Below, piece by piece: positions 53,560 to 64,000 of a stretch of 64,000 bases of DNA. The position numbers and the translations under genes were made by a program. Source of the stretch: Octopus vulgaris (lineage: Eukaryota); assembly GCA_951406725.2 (NCBI GenBank), contig OX597814.1, positions 60,822,001-60,886,000 on the forward strand, given 5' to 3'. The number at the start of each line of letters is the position of its first letter. The first letter of the stretch is position 1. The notes under the pieces were generated by a model. The model had not been told where the DNA came from. It searched no databases and saw nothing but the letters and a program-made list of their open reading frames with translations.

Positions 53560-54100
53560 CCTACAGAGAAGTTTAAGACTGAAGGTCCATGGAAACTCCT
53601 ATATGTTGATGATCTAGTTCTCGTAGCTGAATCTATATGAAACTTAGAGAGGAAATTCCAGGCATGGAAGCTAAACCTAGAATTGAGAGGCCTCAAAGTA
53701 AACTTAGCGAGATGAAGGTTTTAGAAAGTAGAAAAGAAGACAGGACCCTGGTATCTTCAAGGATATGGTCTTGCTTGATATGGAGGGCAAGAATAGATAT
53801 AAACTCTACATGCTCTACCCAATGTAAGCAATAGACACAAAAGAGATGTTGTGAAATCACAGGCAGAGTAGCAGAAAAAGTATGCTTCATATGTGACAGA
53901 TGCACTGGAGCATTATGTACTAAAAACAATCTAGAAATAGACTATTAAATGTTCTGGTGGTTCACTAGAAGTAGCCAATAGCTTTTGTTATATCGGAAAC
54001 ATAAATAGCAGAGGAGGTGGATGCTCCAAAAGAACAGATTGGAAAAATTTCATGGACATTCTAATGCTGCTGGTAACAAAGTGAAGTGTTGATTGTATGA
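53560..54100 (+). mobile_element. RTE LINE RT fragment with Cys/His-rich insert
   Basis: PWKLLYVDDLVLVAES..LKVNL..KVL then CL..CSTQCKQ*..KRCCEI..FICDRC, then LEVANSFCYIG. Confidence 0.75.
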
Positions 54101-55714
54101 CATGTTAAAACTGTGTTAGGGAGAGTATCCAGTCAATGAAAACATGCCACAGTAGACAGTGGAGCACAATGCAGTCCTTGGCCCTGTTAGATCCTTTCAA
54201 ACTATCCACCCCACACCGGTATGAAACAAGAACATTAAATGATGATGTTGATGATAATGAAGAATGCTTGCTTGTGAATATATGTAGAGTTACATGCAAA
54301 GTAAATAACACACACACACACACGTTCCCAGTACATAGAGTTTGTGAAAATATGTACGTGCATGTATATGTATGTCAGTGGTAGTGGATAACAACAAGAT
54401 TAATACTACGCCACTGGTTTCACACAGTTACATATATTAACTTGTAAAAGCTAATGATAGCTTTAACACTGGGAATTGTATGAAAGCTCTAGTAAGAGAC
54501 TGATAACCAACTGGTCTACCTTAGCATACACATAGTACTAGGAATGTTTACACATCCATTGAACTTCAATTATTCACATATAATGTCTCTTTTCATTTTT
54601 TTTTTTTTAAGATTTCTACAGATGCTGGGACTCACAGAGGGAGGAAAGGGGACCGAGACTCCTGGCAATCTGCAGTGCTTGTAAAGATTCATCAAACTTA
54701 GTAAAAGCATGGCTGCCCTTGCATACAGGCTCATCCCCTGCAACCCTCTCTAGCTGAGCATCACTACTCTTGCAGACTTGTAGGTGCTGGTACAACATAA
54801 AAGGCACCTGTGCCAGTGCTACATAAAAACACCCAGAACACTCTGTAAAGTGGTTGGCATTAGGGAGGGCATCGAGCTTTAGGAAACCAAGCCAAAACAG
54901 ATATAGAGTCTGAACAGCTCCTGTCAAACCATCCAACCCATACCAGTGTGGGAAATGGATGTTAAATGATGATGATGTTGATTTCTAAACTTAAAATCTA
55001 TGAGCACACCTTATACATGAGAACTAAGTGTTACTCATTTTCTGATTCTAAGTGTGTAGTTATATTCTGGATGACATAAGTTAAATCTAGTGTCCAAGCT
55101 TATTGATATGTAATGAAAAATTTAAATCACTACAATGTTACATTTTTCTATGAATAGTAATAATACATTAAAATATTCATTATGCTTCATAAGTGCACCC
55201 ATAAAATTGCAATGCCCATAGTTACTTTACTAACTCTGAAGCACTATCAACTCAGAAGTAAAATGTGAAACCAAAACAGAAATAGCAAAATGACAAAATG
55301 TACTAAGTTTCTGTTCAAACACAGTTACATCCTTTATTTACTTGTACTGCTATAAGAACATAGAGTTCTGAAAATTAATTTGTGTTCAATAACCTATTAT
55401 TTCAGTGTTCCAACCATGACCACCATATGAATACATATATTGTTTAATGCATTGAACTAGTTTAATAATTTGTCTTTCATCATTATCTTTTACTTGTTTC
55501 TCTTCCTGGATTGCAGCCATGCTAGGGCACTACCTTGTAGTATTTTAGTCAAACAAATTCACCCTAAGTACTATTTTTAAGCCTGATAGTTATTTTATCA
55601 CTCTCTTTTTTGCAGAACCACTAGCTTATAGGGATTTAAGCAAACCAGCACCAGTTGTCAAATGATGGTTTGGGACAAACACAAACACATAAACACACAC
55701 ACACACACATACAT

Positions 55715-55924
55715 ATTTGTGCATTAAGGCTACCGTTGGTTTCATGTTAAGAAAAATATGTTAATATCCTAATTTTTCAAGCCAATCACAAAGAGGAATG
55801 GTGTTCATCTTCATCCAAAATGGAGACAAACACCATTCCTCCATGTGTTTGAGTTGAAAAATTGTTAGGATATTAAGATATTTTTTCTTAACATGAAACC
55901 AACGGTAGCCTTAATACACAAATA
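55715..55924. repeat. Fold-back (about 100-bp arms) with degenerate HHR in each arm, between (CA)n and (TA)n
   Basis: ttaaggctaccgttggtttcatgttaagaaaaa / tttttcttaacatgaaaccaacggtagccttaa; inner gaggaatggtgtt / aacaccattcctc. Confidence 0.85.
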
Positions 55925-55969
55925 AAGAAATTTTATCCACTAATGCAGTGTTGAGCACTCATCATTGTT

Positions 55970-56022
<53 letters not shown>

Positions 56023-56673
56023 ACAGGCTTCATTTGGTTTCCATTTACCAAATCCACTCACAAGGCTTTGGCAAGCCTGGGGCTATAGTAAAAACACTTG
56101 CCCAGTGTGCCATGCAATGGGATTGAACCCAGAACCATGTGGTTGAGAAGTAAACTTATCACACAGCTTTGAGAGTGCCTAGACATGCCTGTGCAACACA
56201 ATTTATTCAAAAATATTTTCTTATATTTTATTAATTAATTTTAAGATTATGTGTAATTAATATTTATTTAATTTAAAATGATCTGCCAGATCCTAAATGA
56301 CTGATGTTCAAAATATCAAAAACCAAAGACAGCTTATGTTAGAGAAATCAAAATAGAGGAATTGGAAGGGTTTTACAGCAATCATCACTACAACATATTT
56401 TCCCTAGTGACAACATGTAATAAAATTCAATATATCATAATCAAAATCTTATTGATTTTATAAAAAAAAAAAGAGAAATAATAATTATACTCATGTGTTG
56501 ACTTTATACAACTGGTGCACTTTTAAAGTCAACACCAGTAAAGTTCAAGGTTAACTTTTTATGAAATGTAAACAAAAATACAATTATTTATTTAACAATT
56601 TGGGGAAAAGAAATTTATCACGATGTATGACTGTTCCACAAGAATTTAATAACATCAGTCAAAACAGCGCGAT

Positions 56674-56893
56674 ATAAAAGTGGGTGCTGAAAAGTTCTTG
56701 GCTTTAAGGTTATCACAAAGGCCTGGTGGAGGCCCAACCTTCTGAGTTCTTTTACAGGACTTAGAAAAACTGAAGGATTGCTGCAATAAGTGCGTGAATC
56801 TGAGAGGGGAACATGTTGGATAAAATCATAATTAACTGATCCTCCTGTATACTTTTTTACCCAAAGCCAGGAACTTTTCAGCACCCCTTTATA
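56674..56893. mobile_element. mariner-derived MITE
   Basis: TIR gggtgctgaaaagttcttggcttt / aaagccaggaacttttcagcaccc, TA flanks; internal mariner C-terminal remnant (KCVNLRGEHV). Confidence 0.85.
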
Positions 56894-59714
56894 TATTGTA
56901 TATAATATATATGTATATCATCATCATTTAACATACATGTTAAATGCTAGCATGGGTGGGTAGGTTGGTTTGAAAAGGCTCCAATTGGTCAAGGACTACA
57001 TCATGCTCCAGTGTCTGCTTTGGTATGGTTTCTACAGTTGGATGCCCTTTCTTATGTTAATTACTTGTACACTGGGTGCTTTTTTCGTGGCACCAGTACT
57101 ATTGAGGTCATCATGTAGCTTGTAATTCAACAAACCCAGGGAGGGAGGATAGTGTGGCTGTGTGGCAAATGGTAAGAAGCTTGCTTTACAATCACATAGT
57201 TCCAGGTTCAGTCCTACTGCATAACAGACCCAGCAAGTGCCTCCTATTAGACTTGTGAGAGAATTTGGTAGACAGAAACTGAAAAAATCCCACCATTTAT
57301 GTATATATCTGTGTGTGTGTAAGTGTCTTCATTTACATTGCACCACTGCTTGACAACTGGTGTTGGTTTGGTTACATCCTTCTAACTTAGCAGTTCAACA
57401 GAAGAAAACAATAGAATAAGTACAAAGCTTAATGAACTAAGAGCTGGGGTGTCCCAGTATGACCACAGTCCAATGACTGAAACAAATAAAAAATAAAGCG
57501 TTTTACAAGAGGAGTTAATAAAAATCCTTAGTAAAATATTATTTTTTCCTGTGACACTTTACCAAAACAAATAACTAGTTTCAAAAATAATTTTGTTATC
57601 AAATAAGGATTACATTTCTCAATACCATCATTAAAACATTTAGTTAACTTGTAAGCTAGCATTACTGAAAATAAGATATATTTCTTATCAAGAAAAGAAG
57701 TAACTTGTTACGAAAAAAGTAAACAAAAATACAATTATTTTGAAATTTTACAGAGAAGAAATTAATAAATGGAGGACCAGCAAAATTAAAAAGTGTAATG
57801 AAGTATAACATGACATCTCCAGCATTCAAAATTTAATAATCTAAGGACTGGTTTAGAGAAAAAAAGAAGAAAAATCAAAACTCTAAAAGCTAGAAGGTAA
57901 TGTAGGCGTCCCCTATTTTAACCCTTTAGCATTCAGATTACTCTCTCAAATGAAATGCTTATTTATTCACATTGTTTTGAATTAATCATGCATTATCTTG
58001 AAGCTAAAACATTTTCATGATGTGATTGCTTACTTTTTGAAGAACATTGTAGGGTAGGTGTGAGAGACTTGATCTGGCTAGTTTTAACATAGACATAGTA
58101 GGATATGTGTGAGAGACCATTGTGGCCAGTTTTAACATAAAACTGGTTGAATATTTAGGTCAGGGTTAAAGCATTTATTCATTTCAGCAACTGAGAGAAA
58201 CCAAATTTTTTTTTACACATTTCAGCATCCAGCTGTAAAAACCATGCCAAAACAGGCCTCACTTATGTTGATGCCATATAAAAAAGTACTCAGTCCACTC
58301 TGTAAGGTGGTTGGTGTTAGGAAGGGCATCCAGCCGTAAAACCTTCCAAAACAGAGAAGCCTTTAGCAGTCCTCTGGCTTGCCAGCTCATTCAAACTATT
58401 CAATCCATGCCAGCATGGAAACAGGCATTAAATGATGATGATAATGATGATTCCCCGTTATTGTTCGTTTTATTTTAAATTATACCACATAACTCAAGAT
58501 TACTCTTAGAGAAAGATAGTGCATATTATGTACAAAATATTTTTTTTCTTGCTTTTTGTTGCTCCAAAATGGAGTGTGCATATCAGAGAAACAAATTTGG
58601 TAAATGGAAAGTTGCCAAATTGTATATTCACAAAAGCAGACTGACTAGAGTAAACTCAGCAATACATTTTACCAAGCTACAGCAATACAATGGCTGGAGT
58701 AAGATTTGAACTTGGGACCTCATGGTCAGCTTTCCAATATGTTAGCCCCACAGATATTAGATACAGACTAATGTAGGTGAAGTAAAAGGTACTGTCTTCA
58801 AAAAAAGGAAGTGTACATTAGTGCACAGGTGCAAGCATGATTGTGTGGTAAGGTGTTTCTTTCCCAATCACACAGTTCTGGGTTCAATCCCATGGCATGG
58901 CACCTTGAGGAAGAGTCTTCCATAATAGTTGCAGGTCCACCAATGACTTATGAATGGATTTGGTAGATTGAAACTGAAAGAAGCACATCTATATGTGTGT
59001 ATGTTTGTCTCCTATCATCGCTTGACAACTGGTGTTGGTTTATGTCCCTGTAACTTGGTAGTTCAGCAAAAGAGATCACTAGAATAAGTACAAAGCTTAA
59101 AAAAAATTCCATGCTGGGGTTGATTCATTTTGACTAAAAACCTTTCAAAGAAGTGCCCCAGCATGGCCACAGTCCAGTGAATAAAACAAGTAAAAAGTAA
59201 AAGATAAAAATAAGACAAGCTACACTATAGAGATTGGATAATCATGGCTCAGGGCTCACAAGCAATTAAATAATGACAATAAAAACCACAGATAAAAAGG
59301 ACAAACATTTGATAGAATCTCCTCTAAATATTTGGATATTATATTTCAGACTAAAATATCAGTTATCAAAATCTTTCTCTAGCTATTATTACATACTTAG
59401 GAGGTTAAAAGATAGAATTAAACCCTGAATTTGTGGGTCTTCCAATTATTAGATATACGAACAGATATGGCTTTAAATAAAAAAATAAATAAAAGTTATA
59501 ATTCTCTGATAGACATAATACATAATTTATATGAGAAGTACAATATCAGAATAAATAAAATCTGGGCAACATATGACTATTGATTTTATTGACTACTAAA
59601 TCTCACAAGACAGATGGACAGATGAACCCAGAGACTCAAACAAACAAATATAGACTATGAATTACTTATACTAATGTTTACTTTATTCCATAGAAGGTGA
59701 TTGTGCATATGTGC

Positions 59715-59796
59715 ATATACATAAATATATATTTACATACATATACATAAATATATACATATTCATATACATAAATATACATATATATTTGTATAC

Positions 59797-59829
<33 letters not shown>

Positions 59830-61130
59830 AATATATATATATATTCATATAAAAAAATATATATATATTCATATACATATATATTTATATACATAAATAT
59901 ATATATATATTCATATACATATATATATATATATTCATATACATAAATATATATATATATTCATATACATAAATATATATATATTCATATACATAAATAT
60001 ATTTATATACATAAATATATTTATATACATAAATATATTTATATACATAAATATATATATATCTTTGTGGTACCAGTGCCGGTGGCACACAAGAAAACCA
60101 TCCGAACGTGGCCGTAGCCAGTACCGCACCGACTGGCCTCCGTGCTGTGGGCACGTAACAAACACCATCCGATCGTGGCCGTTCGCCAGCCTCATCTGGC
60201 ACCTGTGTCGGTGGCACATAAAAACACCATCCGAAGACCCGGCAAGACTAGTCAGGCCATAACCTGTGGCCCCTACCTGGGACGTAGTCAGTCCACCTGT
60301 GCATACCTTCCTTCTTGTGACACTTGTGAAGACCGAAGACCTGTTGAGGCAAGTGAAAATCAAACAAATCAAAATAGATGAACATCAATGGAATTTGTAT
60401 CTTTGTGGTACCAGTGCCGGTGGCACGTGGCACACAAGAAAACCATCCGAACGTGGCCGTAGCCAGTACCGCATCGACTGGCCTCCGTGCTGTGGGCACG
60501 TAACAAACACCATCCGATCGTGGCCGTTTGCCAGCCTCATCTGGCACCTGTGTCGGTGGCACATAAAAACACCATCCGAGCGTGGCCGTCTGCCAGCCTC
60601 GTCTGGCACCTGTGTCGGTGGCACATAAAAAACACCATCCGAGCGTGGCCGTTTGCTAGCCTCGTCTGGCACCTGTGTCGGTGGCACATAAAATCACCCA
60701 CTACACTCTCGGAGTGGTTGGCGTTAGGAAGGGCATCCAGCTGTAGAAACACTGCCAGATCTGACTAGACTGGTGCAGCTTTCGGGCTCCCCAGACCCCA
60801 GTTTAACCGTCCAACCCATGCTAGCATGGAAAGCGGACGTTAAATGATGATGATGATGATGATGATATACATAAATATATATATATTTATATACATAAAT
60901 ATATATATATTTGTATACATAAATATATATATATATTTATATACATAAATATATATATATTTATATACATAAATATATATATATTTGTATACATAAATAT
61001 ATATATATTTGTATACATAAATATATATATATATTTATATACAAAAATATATATACATTTATATACATAAATATATATATATATTCATATACATAAATAT
61101 ATATATATATTCATATACATAAATATATAT
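59715..61130. repeat. AT-rich minisatellite (atacataaat(at)n) interrupted by a young RTE tail
   Basis: Units of about 18-24 bp on both sides of 60062-60865. Confidence 0.85.
60062..60865 (+). mobile_element. Young RTE-family 3' tail with internal tandem repeats
   Basis: CpG-rich; about 338-bp period duplication (60061/60399); about 62-bp units aacaccatccga.cgtggccgt..gccagcctc.tctggcacctgtgtcggtggcacataaaa; ends gacgttaaa(tga)n. Confidence 0.85.
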
Positions 61131-62829
61131 CAGTTGTGGTGTGCAAGAGAGACGTTTGCGCTGGTATGGTCATATGGCGAGAATGGATGAAGATAGCATT
61201 CTATGAATAATAACCAAATATCCTTCAAATCATACATACCACTTACAAAAACAGGCTAGAATGAGTAGCATAGTCCTTGAAACCATGATGGCTGGACTAC
61301 TTTGGCCATAGAAGTCTACTTGATCAAAAACAAAATTATTCTTCTGGTGTAATAAAAAAGTGGTAAATATTTCCAGGCTCAATGGACTTAAGCAAACAGA
61401 ATATGCACTATCTTACTTAAGACTACAATATAGTCCTAGTTTCTTACATATCATTTGTAATGCAACACGCTTCTTAAGTCCTGAGGTGATTTTAAGGGTT
61501 GGTGCTTAGCAATCATTAAGCAGGTATGAGATAAATTTTACCCTTCATAACACACAAGTACATTCCAAAGAGATGTCTACTTAATAGACTTTCAATGGCT
61601 ACTGAGAACAGTCCAGTTAAAAGACAGGAGACATTGGGAAAGCTAAATAGACTTGAGGCTCACAACCAAGATTCATTATTAATCTTGCTACAGAGCCAGA
61701 TAAAGGAAAATGCCCTCGGGATTCAATGAAACTAGGGGAGAACAATAAAACCCAAGATGATAAGCAAGAACAGACCCAAACAGCACAAGGACTATGATCC
61801 CTGAACAATGAATGGAATAGCCATGTGTGTGGGCAGATATCATCTCCCCAAAAATGGAATGAAGATCTATGAGACAAAGATAAGATGTACCTTTCAACCA
61901 ACAGCTCTGGAGCAACACTTTGTGTATACATGTAAGATGTCAGAATACCAGAGCCTGGACAAAATCCACAGTGTTGAGCAAATGGTACCTCTGATGAGAC
62001 ACAAATCAAGTTTCCCAGAATTAGTTTCCCCAAATGGTACAATTTGCCAAGCACTGCACAAAGAAGAACTGAGTAAAATGCAGTGCAATAAGCAGTTGGA
62101 AGCTTTGTGGAGATAATTAGCATTTCAAAAACAATAGAATGATACCCAGAAGTCAGTATCTAATTGGACCCAACTCCCTTAGGGTGTCAGAAACTAATGG
62201 GCCAAAACACTTGCGTGACAAGAATTGTTCCTCTGAAAGTTACTACTGGTGTGCAGTCACCCTTGAGCGAGTACCTTCTTCTATAACCCCAGGCCAACCA
62301 AAGCCTTATGAGTGGATTTGGTAGATGGAAACTGAAAGAAGCACATTATACATATGCATGTGTATGTACCCTTGTCTAGACATCACTTGATGATTAAAAA
62401 CAAGTTTATATGTTGTACAAGCAATGCTGTTTATTTCCATGGAAAACATGTCTGGTCTTGGAATTATTACTTTGTATGGAAAAAGGTGAAGGTTGGTGAC
62501 AGGACAGGTATCTGGCTGTAGAAAATCTACCTCAACAAATTAAATTCTGTTTGACCCATGCAAGAATAGAAAAATAGGCATTAGATGAAGATGGTGAAGG
62601 TGAGTGCAGAAATACTGTTTAATTAATAATGAGCCATGTAAAGCACAAATATACAAATTAAGTTATCCATCATAGTGGTATCCCAATTCTTGACTGCTTT
62701 ATATAGCAGCTGAATACTCTTTATGATCATTTGGGGAATGAGATTAGGTAATTCTTCAGAGTGGTGAACAAATTATAAAATGTTCTGTCAGGAAACTACC
62801 CACTCATTTTCCACACATTTAATGCATAT

Positions 62830-63150
62830 ACATGGCTAAGTGGTCAGGGCATTGGACTCACAATCATGAGACAGTGGGTTCGATTCTCAGACCAGACTGT
62901 GTGCTGTGTTCTTGAATAAGACATTTTATTTCATGTTGCTCCAGTTCACTCAGCTATAGAGTTGCAATGTCACTGGTACCAAGCTGTCTCGGCCTTTGTC
63001 TTTCCTTTGGATAATACCGGTGGCATGGAAAGGGGAGGTATGCATGGGTGACTGCTGGTCTTCCATAATCAATCTTGCCTGGACTTGTGCCACAGAGGGG
63101 AACTTTCTAGGGGCAATCCCATGGTCATTCATGACTGAAGGATGTCTTTA
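62830..63150 (+). mobile_element. tRNA-derived SINE (same family as 21130-21462)
   Basis: catggctaagtggtcagggc..gggttcgattc..gttcttgaataagac..catggtcattcatgactgaagg. Confidence 0.85.
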
Positions 63151-64000
63151 CCCTTTTTTAATGCATAGAACAAATGTGTTGACATTGTTAATGCTCATTA
63201 TCACAGCTAAGACTTTGTAAAATTTAAATGTATTTTCATTCATCTTAATGTTCAGAGTTCAAATTCCACCAAAGTCAGCTCATCTTTTCAGGATCAATAA
63301 TATAAGTACCAGTGAAGCAATGGAGTCGATGTAGTCAACATTCCCACCTTTCCTAAAATTGCTCAGCTTGTGTTAAAAAGAAAAAACTTGAAGCCTATAT
63401 TTAAATGTACTTCAACACATCTAATTGACATTGTATTGTGTATAAATATATATTAATAGCATATGTATTTAAGGTTTGAGTTTTCATGCTATTTGTGTTG
63501 CGTGACTGAAATCTCAACCAAAATAGATACAATGCATATTTTGGTCACAACATCCCTGTGAAGAAGGAAGTATTATATGCTAAAAATAACAACAAAATCT
63601 CTCTCAAATTACACCATGTTATCTTGAATAAGGAAGAATAAATTGGTTTCAAATTTAGGCACAAGGCCAGCAATTTTGGGGGAGTGGTTATGTCAAGTGC
63701 ATCAACCCCAATGCTCAACTGACATTTATTTTAATGACCTGAAAAGGGGGAAAAGTAAAGTAGAGCTTGATGGAATTTGAACTCAGATTGTAAAGACAGA
63801 CAAAATGCCACTAAGCATTTGCCTGGTATACCAATGACCGTGCCAGCTCACTGCCTTGATAAGAAAGAATATATTAGGAAACATTTGCTTTAGATATACT
63901 GTCTCACACAAAAAAATATAAAAACAATAATAACTGAAAGACTTCTGATCATAGTTTTACTCAATCAAGGCTGACTTGTGGCTAAACAACGAATTCACCA

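Noticed and set aside
61617-62123. 168-aa minus-strand ORF and overlapping ORFs
   Set aside because: No recognisable domain; the plus strand may be a decayed retroelement but motifs are too weak to call.

Overview
AT-rich, microsatellite-laden eukaryotic DNA with no intact host gene. The repeat make-up suggests a coleoid cephalopod, probably Octopus, in an intronic or intergenic region (inference). It includes tRNA-derived SINEs in (TTA)n, RTE LINE tails ending in (GAT)n, TTAA-flanked MITEs, and mariner, hAT, R4/Dong and Penelope remnants. Almost all listed ORFs are microsatellite or repeat artefacts. The main signal is a set of type I hammerhead ribozyme (HHR) motifs with short or palindromic stem III. 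(1) A very young, non-coding, highly structured 360-nt unit at 1912-2727 occurs as two longer-than-monomer, differently permuted arms joined head-to-head inside a (TA)n tract. This fits a retrozyme or viroid-like circular RNA copied into the genome, with a variant CCGACGA core. (2) A Penelope-like GIY-YIG remnant (17480-18724) has a canonical HHR at its 3' end. (3) Several older fold-back elements carry decayed HHR cores. Pairings and coordinates were read by eye; nothing was folded or searched computationally.
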